This document shows positions 1 to 10,491 of a stretch of 64,000 bases of DNA, piece by piece; the first letter of the stretch is position 1; every line of letters starts with the position of its first letter. The notes under the pieces are model-generated. The model saw nothing but the letters and a program-made list of their open reading frames with translations, searched no databases and had not been told where the DNA came from. Made by a program: the position numbers and the translations under genes. Source of the DNA: a virus (Duplodnaviria > Caudoviricetes); the IMG/VR virus record IMGVR_UViG_3300006851_000007, positions 60,781-124,780 of that record; one strand, given 5' to 3'.

Positions 1-128
1 AATCCGTATTTGTGGGCGGGGTGCCATGATTTAAAAAATCATCAAACTCTGTATCGTTGATATCAACATCCAGGAGGTCGTCAAGAGTCTTCTTCACTCC
101 TCCGGGAAGACCTATTCCGCTAAGATAA

Positions 129-866
129 TCATTGTTCATTGGGGTCCTCATTCGGGTCATAATCTATCTGATCATAGTCAATAGAGGTCATCTCGGGATA
201 AAATATCTCCTGGCGGAAGGCCTCAGGGAGATCTACTACGCCATCCCTGTTGGCATCCATTAACGTTTTGTATGCATCCAGAGCTAATCTGTGGTACTGT
301 ATTTTCTTACCATCCCCCCTCCAGCCATACTCACCGAGCTCAGCTGCCCTAAAAATAGAATCCAACAACATAAATTTTATAGCATCGTTGGGATCTATTT
401 CGGCGTCTCCACCCTCCTTATAGAGAGTGTATGACTCCCTCCACCTACCCGGAACAGGGGGAGCATTCTCGGGTATTGGGGAGAATGTGGGTCTATCTTC
501 ATAATATTTGGCTATGTCCACATTGGATATGCTGTCTACATCAAAAAACAGCTTTCTGTAAACATTTATATCTTTGATTGTAATCGGCATCTTGAATCGA
601 TAATATATGACATCTCTTATCTTTTTATTGTCACACCTTTCTGCCATTAATTTTTCCAATACCCTCCTTATAGGATAAGTCTCCCTCATTTTGACAGCGG
701 TGGAAAAATGTTCGGAGCTATCATCTACTGAGATATCTATCCCCTCTTCTTCGATGTACCTCTGAAGCTGGAGAAGCTCTTCTGTGTGTTGAGATTCGTC
801 GCCAAACAATAATCTCCAGCGCCAATCTGGTATTGGGGGAATTCTTTCCTTTGGAATATTAGACAT
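129..866 (-). CDS. hypothetical phage protein
   Basis: 245-aa ORF overlapping the stop of the upstream 661-aa gene; no recognisable motif. Confidence 0.6.
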   Translation of the reverse strand: MSNIPKERIPPIPDWRWRLLFGDESQHTEELLQLQRYIEEEGIDISVDDSSEHFSTAVKMRETYPIRRVLEKLMAERCDNKKIRDVIYYRFKMPITIKDINVYRKLFFDVDSISNVDIAKYYEDRPTFSPIPENAPPVPGRWRESYTLYKEGGDAEIDPNDAIKFMLLDSIFRAAELGEYGWRGDGKKIQYHRLALDAYKTLMDANRDGVVDLPEAFRQEIFYPEMTSIDYDQIDYDPNEDPNEQ

Positions 867-2844
867 TTCTTTCCTGGAGTTCTATTTTTAATGCTTGTAG
901 ACTTCTTCTGACCTCCCCCAGCCCTGACAACGCCTTCTCTGCACCCTTTTCGTGTACTGAGGGCTCTCCCTGTCTGGATGCTAGCAATAGCTTGGCGATC
1001 TTGTCCTCCACATCGATAAACAACCCCTCAGATTCAACAATCTCGGAAAGTGTGTCATCATTGATGAACTGCAAACTAAGTATGGCGTCGAGAGTTTTTT
1101 GATCTCCGGATGGATTCTTGGTCCCGGCCATCTCCTCTACCCCGTCAATAACTTTGTCGGCAGCTGTCTTGAGCCTTCCTAAATGAAAGTTGCTGACCCT
1201 AACCTTCCTTTTTGTAGATGCTGTCTTAATCGACACAGGTCTGACAAGCCCCCACATCTCCATCTCCGAACCGTTGTCCAGCTTGCAAGCCTTCTCGATA
1301 TCATCGTCATTAACCCTATAATGAGCAAGTTTTAGGCGCATATCTTCTTCGCTCATCATTTGATAGTCTACCGGACCATTAAGTGTCTCCCCGTGAAGAA
1401 AAAACATATTAGCATTCTTCCTCAGTACTGCTTTATGGCGCTCGTTTGAAGCAATCTTTGTAAAAGTGTGGGGTTTAGCTTTATCTACAAGGATTATCGG
1501 GGATGAGGTTTCAATAAAGCTCATATGGGATGGAATATAGTAAGACTCCTTCGGCATTATCGCCGAGTCGTACCGATTCACATTTATTCTCTGAGGTCTA
1601 GATATACCATCGACTATCATTACCCCAATAGGACCTCCGGTGTCTGTTCTTACACCAATGATAAGGTCTGGCTCCCCGGGTATGCCAATAATCTGCTTGA
1701 TTATAACGTCAGGAGTGCATGAGGGGGAATAGCTTTCGTCGACAAAGCACCCCTTGACTCCAATATTTACACAACCTATGGGGAAATTGTCATGATTCAG
1801 ACTTACCCTTACCCCAGAAAAAGCAATACCTTCTGCTGACTCTCCAGAGTCGAGAACGGCCTTTTGCCTCTTGATGCGAGATCCATCAAAATCAATCATC
1901 TGAGAAAAGACGTACCCGTGGCAGACGTCGCCATTTGGAGTCATAAGCCTGTATCTGCCGCTATGCTGCACAGGAGAAGGGATATTATTAACCAGGGGTT
2001 GCTCTACAGACCTAAGGGTTGGAAAATCACGTATAATACACCACCCCCTCTGCATTACTTTTCGCATACACTTTTTGAAATCTGGACCCAGGCCGCCCTG
2101 AAGATCCGAGATCGAAACAACCCTGGTATCCCCATTACCAAATGCGACTGCAAAACTGCCGTCAGACCTCCGCATTATATGGGCCAGATTACTGTCTTTC
2201 TCCCTCTCGACCATCCCGGTGCTGAGGTGTTGTAGCGAGTCATTTAGCCCGACAACTTCAGCGATGGAGTTTATTCCTGGGTATGATACAAGCAGTGATC
2301 TGAGTGCGCTAATATCGTTATCGCTTCTGATAACTCTGGACAGAAGGCCAGATCCGGCAGTGTTGATCATTCCCCCTCCAGTTCCTGCGGTGGGGTATCC
2401 GGAATATTCAAGAGGTGTAACGTCCCCAGTCCTGTCTCCTATATATCTATTCTGTGGAGGCAGGCTGCCATAGTCATTCTTCGAGTGGGGTTTAATATTT
2501 GAGTCTGAATCAAGAGACCTCTTAATCGAGTACTCATTAAGGTGCATAAACCTTTCGCCGTCGAATAATATATCAAGCTTGTCTAACTCTAGGTGTTTTG
2601 TTTTTGGGTTCTCTCTGATTGAGAAAGGAATAGCCACCTTATTTTCGACAATTATTTTACCTACAGTCTCGTCAGACTCTGGCTCGACCTTGCTAAATGT
2701 TATTTTGGTGCTCGCTGTGTCAATGTATGGATGCTCTGTAACTAAAGTTTTTAGAACCTCAGAGGCCCACATCTTGGGGTCTTTGGGCAGCCTGATACCA
2801 GCGGATTTGATCATATCTTTGTATTTCTTTCTGTATAGCTTCAT
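859..2844 (-). CDS. hypothetical protein, probably head-associated (carries K-x-A motifs)
   Basis: 661-aa ORF with GGAG RBS; contains IKSAG, TKIAS, IKTAS, LKTAA like the head-module proteins. Confidence 0.55.
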   Translation of the reverse strand: MKLYRKKYKDMIKSAGIRLPKDPKMWASEVLKTLVTEHPYIDTASTKITFSKVEPESDETVGKIIVENKVAIPFSIRENPKTKHLELDKLDILFDGERFMHLNEYSIKRSLDSDSNIKPHSKNDYGSLPPQNRYIGDRTGDVTPLEYSGYPTAGTGGGMINTAGSGLLSRVIRSDNDISALRSLLVSYPGINSIAEVVGLNDSLQHLSTGMVEREKDSNLAHIMRRSDGSFAVAFGNGDTRVVSISDLQGGLGPDFKKCMRKVMQRGWCIIRDFPTLRSVEQPLVNNIPSPVQHSGRYRLMTPNGDVCHGYVFSQMIDFDGSRIKRQKAVLDSGESAEGIAFSGVRVSLNHDNFPIGCVNIGVKGCFVDESYSPSCTPDVIIKQIIGIPGEPDLIIGVRTDTGGPIGVMIVDGISRPQRINVNRYDSAIMPKESYYIPSHMSFIETSSPIILVDKAKPHTFTKIASNERHKAVLRKNANMFFLHGETLNGPVDYQMMSEEDMRLKLAHYRVNDDDIEKACKLDNGSEMEMWGLVRPVSIKTASTKRKVRVSNFHLGRLKTAADKVIDGVEEMAGTKNPSGDQKTLDAILSLQFINDDTLSEIVESEGLFIDVEDKIAKLLLASRQGEPSVHEKGAEKALSGLGEVRRSLQALKIELQERNV

Positions 2845-2906
2845 TCACTTCTCCATATGGTGTCAAGAATATTCTAATATAAGTGAAAATATAACCCAAT
2901 TATCGC

Positions 2907-3938
2907 TTATATGCCCTTGAATGCTGATAATTGAGGATCAATTATGGTTTTAACTGGAGCATTTAGTAGTGGGTATGTGCCCAACGGTGTAACCGTAGTG
3001 CATAACGCAAGGCTGTCTACGACAGCCCCTACGATGTCGGCTATATCCACCCCGCGGCCTTTGATCGACACACCCCCAAAAGTGGACTCTATCTCCACCT
3101 TACCTTCGGCCTTCATTTCTATCTTACCAGAGCTAGATATAGACAGATTGCTACCGTCCACATCTACATCTCCACCGCTTACACTCAATTCGTCGAACTC
3201 GAGAGAGGATGATCCAGTATTCACGTCGAGGCTAGCGTCCCTCATATCGATATTTACAGAACCATCCTCTTTTATATGGACAACATTTTTAACCTTCCCG
3301 TCTTTAAGCACTTTTATTTCAATAAAGTTTTCCCCGTCTGTAATATTCACACTGAGAGAGTTGCCCTTCGTACCGCCTTTTGGTGGCGTTCTGTTGACGG
3401 CTTCCTCGAAAGCATCATAATCAACCCTAGACCTCCAATGGTATGTAGAGCTGCATACACCATCATCGAAACTCAACTCTTGATGGTGAGGTATTGTTAC
3501 CTGCTCGTACCTTTCAGACAGATCTGTCTTAACTGATCGCTCGGCATCCATATGGGTTACAGCCCCTCCCCCAGAATCAATAATAACGCCCGAAGGTAAG
3601 GCTACCACCTTGCCCTGATTCCCAAACTCGTCCGAAGACTCTAGGATCTTAGCCCCTTCCAGTTCAGCCAGGTCTGATTTGGCATTTTTAATGCTCATTT
3701 CTCCCTGGTCATTCACCTTCGGGTTGCGCATCTTTCCGAGTACAACCTTTTGGGCTCCATCTGATATTAAAATACACTGATCGCCCTCTTGGTATGAGTC
3801 TTCGGCTCCGAGAAACATTATATTGACATACTCGAACCTTCTGCCCCTACTGCTGGTTACATCTAACATTCCCGACCCGTAGACTTTATCAACGGTGCAA
3901 ATATGCATCTGCATGCCTGCTGAGGTTTGATTGTTCAT
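2907..3938 (-). CDS. putative baseplate central spike (gpV/gp5-like)
   Basis: N-terminal OB-fold-like segment and C-terminal short beta-strand repeats (VSGGDVDVDGSNLSISSSGKIEMKAEGKVEIES) typical of beta-helix spikes. Confidence 0.5.
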   Translation of the reverse strand: MNNQTSAGMQMHICTVDKVYGSGMLDVTSSRGRRFEYVNIMFLGAEDSYQEGDQCILISDGAQKVVLGKMRNPKVNDQGEMSIKNAKSDLAELEGAKILESSDEFGNQGKVVALPSGVIIDSGGGAVTHMDAERSVKTDLSERYEQVTIPHHQELSFDDGVCSSTYHWRSRVDYDAFEEAVNRTPPKGGTKGNSLSVNITDGENFIEIKVLKDGKVKNVVHIKEDGSVNIDMRDASLDVNTGSSSLEFDELSVSGGDVDVDGSNLSISSSGKIEMKAEGKVEIESTFGGVSIKGRGVDIADIVGAVVDSLALCTTVTPLGTYPLLNAPVKTIIDPQLSAFKGI

Positions 3939-3991
3939 GAGTTTTTGGAACCTCTTATAAAGTGTGGTAAATTTATTTAATTGGAGGACTT

Positions 3992-4792
3992 ATGAATAAA
4001 TTATCCAGCCTGGCCGATGTGGTTGCAAGCGATTTTATCAGAAATTCCGCTAATCCCACAGAATCTTTAACTAAGATAGCTCAAGAAAATAATCTAAACG
4101 CTCAAGAAATAGAACGAATTGCAAATAGAGCTAACCGAAAGATAGCAGTCGAGCTAACCAAGCGGGCTGCCAGGGGTGACTCTGATCCCCACTTCACATT
4201 TCCTGTCATCAAGACTGCGGATGTAATCTTTGCCCTAAAACCCAAAGAAAAGGCATTATCACCAAAACCCCCGTCAGTGGCGACAAGTGATGGCATTTCC
4301 AGGGTTTTTGAGTTTGAGCCATCCTACAATAGAGACCTCAGGTGCACCATTAACGATGACCCTGTATTGTTGGCTGATAACGTCAGATCTATAGACCCCC
4401 CGTCTAAAGAGATAGCGATACAGGCCTTAAATATTCTAAAGAGCAGGGCCAGGATAGCTCAGGCAAAATTAAGACAGTCTGAAATAAGAATAGAAAATCT
4501 TATAAGCAACATCGAAAAAAGAGCATCGCACGAATTATTGTCGGGCACCCCAATTGAAGTTATGATGTCTCTTCCAGAAACATGCCACGAACATATTGAA
4601 AAGGTGGCGAACAAGCTGAGGGAGTGGGGACATCAAATAAATAGGTCTGACGATGAGTACGAGATCAATGGGGCACACCCTTTGGTTAAGATGGCTCAAG
4701 ATATAGCTTTTTATGAGATGGATGCACACGAAGCTCGGATGTCGCTTGCTGAAATTGAAGGTGATATCCGCCACCTTAGGAGGAAAATGTGA
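3992..4792 (+). CDS. head-module protein (scaffold/core-like, coiled coil)
   Basis: GGAGG RBS; first gene of head operon; several K-x-A motifs; helical/coiled-coil composition. Confidence 0.5.
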   Translation: MNKLSSLADVVASDFIRNSANPTESLTKIAQENNLNAQEIERIANRANRKIAVELTKRAARGDSDPHFTFPVIKTADVIFALKPKEKALSPKPPSVATSDGISRVFEFEPSYNRDLRCTINDDPVLLADNVRSIDPPSKEIAIQALNILKSRARIAQAKLRQSEIRIENLISNIEKRASHELLSGTPIEVMMSLPETCHEHIEKVANKLREWGHQINRSDDEYEINGAHPLVKMAQDIAFYEMDAHEARMSLAEIEGDIRHLRRKM

Positions 4793-5634
4793 GCATCATA
4801 GGTATGGCCTCAAAGGACGTTAGGGCTGAAAAGAAAAAAGCGGCAAAAAAAATAAAAAATGTTGAAGGTAACCAACAGCCCCCAGTTCGCAGCGAGAGTC
4901 TGGAGGAGGAGAAGCTGGCATTTTTGGCAGCTAGCGTGCTCAAGACCGGGCTGACTGCCGCCTCCAAGGGTACCCAGGCTTTAGCTGTAGGATCCAGCAT
5001 AGCTGGGGCGAAGGGGGCCGCCTCAGACATAAGAGCTGGCAGAGCGCCTGCGCAAGCAAGGAACTCTATGGGAAGATATGGCAGGCCCGTCTCACCTCCG
5101 AGACCACCAAACCCGCCAAACCCGCCAAACCCACCAATGCCTCCAAAAGTGGCATCATTAGTTAAAACAACTTACAAAAACATGCTGGAGATGGAAAAAA
5201 TGGCAAATAAGAACGCAAACCTGGCCTCAACCCTGGGGACGGGTCTGGCAACAGGGCTAGGACTAGCCGCTGCTACAACAGGAGTGACTGCGGCGGCTCT
5301 TGGGGCCAAAAAGCTCCACTCTACCATTAAAACTGAGGCTGCATGGGACGCCTTGAAGAAAAGAAGGCCAGACCTAACACGATCCAGGAGAGATAGAGAG
5401 AATTTCGAGGTTTTGCAACAATTTTCCCCCGGGATTGCTTCAAACGTGACCACACTAGAGAGCTATATGGAGCGTATGAAGCACCAGGTGATGACGCCTC
5501 ATGAATTTGTCGGCGATCTTGCGAGAATACAAAACGATTTAACATCTAGAGACCCGTCGGGTGATCTTGCCTTCTCCGCAGGAAGGTCTGTGGGCGGCGG
5601 GATAGAGGCCGCATTGAAAAGGAATAGAGGGTAA
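4789..5634 (+). CDS. basic Gly/Ala/Pro-rich putative internal head protein
   Basis: GTGA overlap with upstream gene; PPN repeats, GxxxG stretch, EKLAF/PKVAS/EKMAN motifs. Confidence 0.5.
   Translation: MSIIGMASKDVRAEKKKAAKKIKNVEGNQQPPVRSESLEEEKLAFLAASVLKTGLTAASKGTQALAVGSSIAGAKGAASDIRAGRAPAQARNSMGRYGRPVSPPRPPNPPNPPNPPMPPKVASLVKTTYKNMLEMEKMANKNANLASTLGTGLATGLGLAAATTGVTAAALGAKKLHSTIKTEAAWDALKKRRPDLTRSRRDRENFEVLQQFSPGIASNVTTLESYMERMKHQVMTPHEFVGDLARIQNDLTSRDPSGDLAFSAGRSVGGGIEAALKRNRG
5107..5133 (+). repeat. 9-bp tandem repeat x3 (CCAAACCCG/A) encoding PNP
   Basis: ccaaacccg ccaaacccg ccaaaccca read directly from the sequence. Confidence 0.85.
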
Positions 5635-5636
5635 GC

Positions 5637-6767
5637 ATGTTTTACAAAGAACTGCCAGCAGGTGGTAACTTAAGTGGGGTTGGCGGGGTGGAGGTTATCG
5701 ACTTCCATGAGTCCGGACTAAATAAACTCGCCAGCGTAGGCACCTACATTCCTCCACACCTTATAAGGGTTATAAGGGAAATTAAGCAATCTCCAGACCC
5801 CAGATTTGCATATCTTTATGATAGGGCTTTGGGGGCTGGGGAGGTCTATGGGCCAAATAATAACGGAGACTGGTTTGGCAGAGATGAGCTTATCCGCAAG
5901 CATCAAACCTTCGTTACCGACGCTCATCTTTTTAGGCATCACAAAAATAGGGATCCGAGGAACAAAATTGGTGATGTCCTCGCATCTGCGTACAACGACA
6001 GGATTGACACAGTCGATCTAATCATTAGGGCTCCTATTGACAATATCAGGGAGGATCTAAAGAGGCTTGAAGCTGGCAATGTTCTTGCCACCTCCATGGG
6101 AGCCAGGGTTAAGCATGACCAGTGCTCCATATGCGGAAATAAGGCCAGCAGAAGAATTGCATATTGCAATCACCTCCGGTCAGAAATGTTAAAAATATAT
6201 CCTGACGGTAGGCAAGTCTTTGCGATCAACCCTGACCCCAGATTCGTAGACATCTCTATTGTGGTGATTCCTGCTGACCCGTCGTCGGCAGTGTTGAGAA
6301 AGATTGCAAGTCATGATTCTGGGTATGCTAAATCAGCAAATATGCACAAGAGAGATGAAGGCTTTATCGAGCATGACTCCAGGTTAGTGGAGGGTGAGGG
6401 TAGAAATGTAATAAGACCGGAGTTGATAAAAGCAACGATGGGGTTTGACAGGCCAGATGTGGTGAAAACTCTAGACCATGCTTATGGACCTCTCAGGCCA
6501 GATGAATTCCAGGCGATCATGAAAAAGGATGCGTCCATTATCAATCCGGATATCATACCTTATGTCCAGTTTGAAGGTGTCGACCCTACAGATATTGGTG
6601 GAGAGGTTATATCCGATCTTGTACCCCACATACAAAAGATTGCAAATCTGCAGGTACCAGTGCAAGCAAAGCCTGTTAATTTTGGAGAAATGAGCCATCA
6701 TGATAAGATTGCTTATCTAAACTATAGAATGTCGTGCGGTCCATTCTCCAAGATGTTTATAAGGTGA
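5637..6767 (+). CDS. prohead (capsid maturation) protease
   Basis: NNNGDWF, HH, TSMG (candidate catalytic Ser), CSICGN..YCNH zinc insert, DISIVVIPAD; lies upstream of scaffold and capsid genes. Confidence 0.75.
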   Translation: MFYKELPAGGNLSGVGGVEVIDFHESGLNKLASVGTYIPPHLIRVIREIKQSPDPRFAYLYDRALGAGEVYGPNNNGDWFGRDELIRKHQTFVTDAHLFRHHKNRDPRNKIGDVLASAYNDRIDTVDLIIRAPIDNIREDLKRLEAGNVLATSMGARVKHDQCSICGNKASRRIAYCNHLRSEMLKIYPDGRQVFAINPDPRFVDISIVVIPADPSSAVLRKIASHDSGYAKSANMHKRDEGFIEHDSRLVEGEGRNVIRPELIKATMGFDRPDVVKTLDHAYGPLRPDEFQAIMKKDASIINPDIIPYVQFEGVDPTDIGGEVISDLVPHIQKIANLQVPVQAKPVNFGEMSHHDKIAYLNYRMSCGPFSKMFIR

Positions 6768-6884
6768 GGATATACGACTTAAAATTTTGCAGACCTTTTT
6801 TATTGGTATAAAATGAATTCATGACAACTAGTAGTCCTGAATTCAGGTTAACAAAACAAACAACCACATGTGATTGAGGAAATT

Positions 6885-7955
6885 ATGAGTTATTTCAATG
6901 AAGGGCAGTCCGATGCTTTTGATCAGCTTGTCGATCTTGCTAATGCTGGATACGGAGTTTCTGAAAGCTTAAGTATTATCAATAACACTCTCGGCGAAGG
7001 GATTGGTAAGCACGCTTCACAGTCTGATATTAGCTATGCTCTTGGTGTGGAGGATGTCTGTTATGAGTTTCTGAAGACAGCCTCCGATATTGCCGGGGCT
7101 TACGATATTGATGATGATCATGAATATATGGTGAGCGTTCTTGATAGCATGTATGAGAATGTCGACCATGGTGGTACTTATGCGTTCAGAATGGGCAAGA
7201 CGGCAGCTCTTGAGGATCTAATGGGGTTGGCTAACTACCATGGGGACGTTAGCGTGTGCATTGATGCCGCAATGAATACTGTATCCCAAGGTATTGGTAA
7301 ATACGCCTCCGAAGAGGATGTAGATTACAGGCTGGGTGTGGAGTCGGCGTGTTATGAGTTCATGAAGACCGCTTCAGAGGTTTATGGGACGTATGATGTG
7401 TCCTATGCTGATGATTTAGATATTTTGGGTGAAGTTTTCAACAAAATCGCCTATGTTTTAGAACCTGAATATTACGGCACCCCTGAATTTTTCGTAAAAT
7501 CTGAGGACCGCGCTAAAGTGGAAGAGCTACCCAAGCCCAAGCGCAACATTAGGCCCTTGTCAGAAGAAGGTAGGAAGAAACAAAAAGCTAGAATCCAGAA
7601 GATAAAAGATAACCATGCTCTGGCAGAAGCGCAAGACACCATCAAAAGGCTGGGTGGGGAGGGTAAAAAAGACCCAGGCTTGTTAAGTAGGGCTGGGTCC
7701 AGAATCAAAGGTGTTGGCTCTGGGGCTAAGCGCCATCTGTGGGATAACAGAACTGGTCTGCAAAGGGCTGGTATTGGTGTGGGTGCCGCAACCCTGACCG
7801 CCGGAGGTGCTTATGGTGCGAAGAAACTTCGCGACAGGCGTAGGCGTAAACAGGAAGAGGAAGGTCAAGGCCACAGGAAGGCGGCCTCTCTCGGGTACCA
7901 CAGCGATGTAGAGCAAGCTCTTGACGTTCTTTATGCTGAAGGTCTTCTCGACTGA
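6885..7955 (+). CDS. scaffold/core-like head protein with internal duplication
   Basis: GAGG RBS favours ATG 6885 (ORF track starts at 6870); repeats GIGKHAS..GVEDVCYEFLKTAS / GIGKYAS..GVESACYEFMKTAS. Confidence 0.55.
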   Translation: MSYFNEGQSDAFDQLVDLANAGYGVSESLSIINNTLGEGIGKHASQSDISYALGVEDVCYEFLKTASDIAGAYDIDDDHEYMVSVLDSMYENVDHGGTYAFRMGKTAALEDLMGLANYHGDVSVCIDAAMNTVSQGIGKYASEEDVDYRLGVESACYEFMKTASEVYGTYDVSYADDLDILGEVFNKIAYVLEPEYYGTPEFFVKSEDRAKVEELPKPKRNIRPLSEEGRKKQKARIQKIKDNHALAEAQDTIKRLGGEGKKDPGLLSRAGSRIKGVGSGAKRHLWDNRTGLQRAGIGVGAATLTAGGAYGAKKLRDRRRRKQEEEGQGHRKAASLGYHSDVEQALDVLYAEGLLD

Positions 7956-8140
7956 TGTTTGAGGAGATCGAAGACATCCTGTCCGAACTCATGCTTAGAG
8001 AGCGATACTCGGCGCAGGATGTCTTTTTAGCATACATAGTTATGGAACCATTTATAAGAAGGTTTCGATTACAGGGAATGTCAAATAGAGATATACTCGA
8101 ACTTTGCAGGAAAATAGACGAGGCAAATCAAGATGAATGA
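7955..8140 (+). CDS. small hypothetical protein
   Basis: 61-aa ORF overlapping both neighbours (TGATG upstream). Confidence 0.55.
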   Translation: MFEEIEDILSELMLRERYSAQDVFLAYIVMEPFIRRFRLQGMSNRDILELCRKIDEANQDE

Positions 8141-8492
8141 TTTGGAAAAGCTGGCTCATGGTTTCATGAGGATTAAAGAAAGATATGAAGAGCTTCTCAA
8201 GGAGGCCAACCGTCTTTCTGAAGAAAATGAGGAGTACCGACGGCGAGACAGAGCTGAAGAAATCCTCATGATGGCGCAAGACAAAAACTGTAGCCTTAAA
8301 ACTGCAAGCGTGGAAGATTTTATCACCCAGAGACAAAAGCTGGAACAGCAGAGTTTTGACGAGCTTGAGAAGATTGCAAGCGCTATCGAGTATATTGATG
8401 AGGATGGTGCCATATTTGTCTCTGAAATGAAAGATGGTCACGCACGCACAGACTTTACCGGATGGTTAAACACAATTAGTGAGGAATTATAA
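8133..8492 (+). CDS. acidic coiled-coil scaffold-like protein
   Basis: coiled coil; EKLAH, LKTAS, EKIAS; just upstream of capsid genes. Confidence 0.5.
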   Translation: MNDLEKLAHGFMRIKERYEELLKEANRLSEENEEYRRRDRAEEILMMAQDKNCSLKTASVEDFITQRQKLEQQSFDELEKIASAIEYIDEDGAIFVSEMKDGHARTDFTGWLNTISEEL

Positions 8493-8962
8493 TGACTGCA
8501 ACTATTAGCAAAAATAAGATCAGACCGATCCTTCCTCGTGATATATCCAATATCACACGAGAGGGTAGGACGGATGAACAGCTTGAAGCCGGAACGCTTG
8601 TTGTTAGAGAAGATAACAAGCTGGTTCCTGTGGACACCACAAACCCCCTTCATACATACGCCCCAGTGGAGGTTGTATGGACGGACGGAACGCTTAGACA
8701 GGATATCAAACGCATAGAGCTTGACGGCACTGAGGTTATTGAGGTCACAACTTTCGCATTTGACTTTATAGCCGAGGTTGACGTGAGTCTATTTACCAAT
8801 ACTCCTGATGAGGGCGACTTCGTTATGCGTAGTGCCACAGCAGGAAAAATGACCTGTGGAGACTTGGTTGCTCTGGATGGCGACTTCAACCTTGTCGTCG
8901 GGCAAGTCGTTTCTGCTGGCACCTCTACCGGTAAGTGGGTTGTCAAGTTTAGGCTATCCTAA
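8492..8962 (+). CDS. putative capsid cement/decoration protein
   Basis: beta-rich 156-aa protein directly upstream of the major capsid gene; GAGG RBS. Confidence 0.5.
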   Translation: MTATISKNKIRPILPRDISNITREGRTDEQLEAGTLVVREDNKLVPVDTTNPLHTYAPVEVVWTDGTLRQDIKRIELDGTEVIEVTTFAFDFIAEVDVSLFTNTPDEGDFVMRSATAGKMTCGDLVALDGDFNLVVGQVVSAGTSTGKWVVKFRLS

Positions 8963-8984
8963 CAATTACACAATGGAGTAAAAA

Positions 8985-9947
8985 ATGTTCGATTTTCATG
9001 CAACACAGTTAAACGAGGTCTTCCTTGAGGCTCTAGGTAGCGAGGAGATGAGAAAGGAGGCCGAACAAAAAGGGGCGGAGTTTCTTCGTATGCAGATTTA
9101 CGAAGATTCGTTCATGGAGAGAATTATGCCCGCCCAAACTATCTCTCCACAGATGTGCGATAGGGATATCCATTCCCCCAACTTGCAGGTGGTGATTGAC
9201 AAAGAATTCACGGACGTCAAAGCCACGACTGCAACTTTCAGAGGTAAGGCAGACTACGAGTACGTGGAAACCGAGCGCTATGCTGTTCAATTCCACAAGA
9301 TCGAGTCTCCTGAGTATGGTCTCTATGAGGGCGAGCTCATGTCTATGAGAATGCCCGTCCAGAATCTTATCAGGCAGCATATCGCTTACCATATCCGAAA
9401 GAAGATGGATGAAGTCTTTATTGGTATGGTCAACAAGGCTATCGCTGACTCTGGTAACGTTCTCACTCTTTCCAATGAGAAAAGAATCACACCCGAAGTC
9501 TTGGTGGCTCTGAGAAACATCCTTGATGCCCAGGGTGGTGATAATGGGTCTTACCGTCAAGCAGCTACACTGCTTATGACTCGAGCCCAATTTAACAACA
9601 TTTATACCTGGATTCAGACGAATAGCCAGTCCGGCGTTGCAACGATGCCTGGTATCACCAGTGGTCTTACCACCGACTTTTGGCGTGATGGCTACAAGTA
9701 CGAAATGCTCAATGGTCTAAGAGTGGTCACCTCTGTCAAGTCCGACCTTGTAAAGCACAATGAAATCTATGTCTTTACTGAGCCCGAGCAGCTTGGACAC
9801 CACTTTACATTCAATGACGATAAATTCTCTATTGAGAAGCGTCATGACGAGATTAAGTGGAAGGGGTACAGATCTTTTGGTGCCGCGATCGGTAACAACC
9901 TGGCTTGCGGAAAGGTTGTTCTCGGCCAAGACTCGTATGTCGACTAA
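8985..9947 (+). CDS. major capsid protein (HK97-fold, inferred)
   Basis: 320 aa, GGAG RBS, follows protease/scaffold/cement genes and is followed by a strong terminator. Confidence 0.75.
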   Translation: MFDFHATQLNEVFLEALGSEEMRKEAEQKGAEFLRMQIYEDSFMERIMPAQTISPQMCDRDIHSPNLQVVIDKEFTDVKATTATFRGKADYEYVETERYAVQFHKIESPEYGLYEGELMSMRMPVQNLIRQHIAYHIRKKMDEVFIGMVNKAIADSGNVLTLSNEKRITPEVLVALRNILDAQGGDNGSYRQAATLLMTRAQFNNIYTWIQTNSQSGVATMPGITSGLTTDFWRDGYKYEMLNGLRVVTSVKSDLVKHNEIYVFTEPEQLGHHFTFNDDKFSIEKRHDEIKWKGYRSFGAAIGNNLACGKVVLGQDSYVD

Positions 9948-9970
9948 GATTCACAGTAATTATTAACACA

Positions 9971-10012
9971 AAATAGCACCTCATGTTAATATCAAGAGGT
10001 GCTATTTTTTTT
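9971..10012 (+). terminator. intrinsic terminator after capsid gene
   Basis: AAATAGCACCTC...GAGGTGCTATTT stem followed by T-run. Confidence 0.8.
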
Positions 10013-10023
10013 AAGGAGGTAAT

Positions 10024-10491
10024 ATGTTTCCTTTTATAGATCCGGTTAAGATAAGGGTAAAAAACAACTCTAATAAGATTATCAAAGTTGGTTTCACCAC
10101 TCTAGACCCAGGCGCTGAGGGGGACGTCGACTGCAGGAGTGCGTACGGACCCCCACTTCGCTCAGCTAGAGATTTAGGTGTAGAATACGTGGGCATTGTA
10201 ATTGATGACAGGTTATACAATCTGGTTCTTGCGGACAAATGTCCTAAAGGGTGTGGGTGTGATCCCGGGCTTTGCAACATGGAGGACACCCTAGATGTCA
10301 ACACCACCTCTGAAGAGCCTTTGGCGGATGACGCCCCGGAGGTTGCTCTGGAGCAAGACGCCAGGGTGGACGACCTCATGGCCCACACTAAGGCCGAACT
10401 TGTGGCGATCGCAGAAGATTTGGGCCTGTCAACCACCGGAAACAAATCTGATTTAGTAGAGAGGATAGTGGCAAATGACGATACTACTTAA
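10024..10491 (+). CDS. protein with C-terminal HeH/SAP (Rho-N-like) domain
   Basis: AAGGAGG RBS; C-terminal TKAELVAIAEDLGLSTTGNKSDLVERI; common position after the capsid gene. Confidence 0.7.
   Translation: MFPFIDPVKIRVKNNSNKIIKVGFTTLDPGAEGDVDCRSAYGPPLRSARDLGVEYVGIVIDDRLYNLVLADKCPKGCGCDPGLCNMEDTLDVNTTSEEPLADDAPEVALEQDARVDDLMAHTKAELVAIAEDLGLSTTGNKSDLVERIVANDDTT

Noticed and set aside
129-2844. Terminase or portal assignment for the leftmost genes
   Set aside because: No Walker A/B or nuclease motifs and no recognisable portal features; left as hypothetical.
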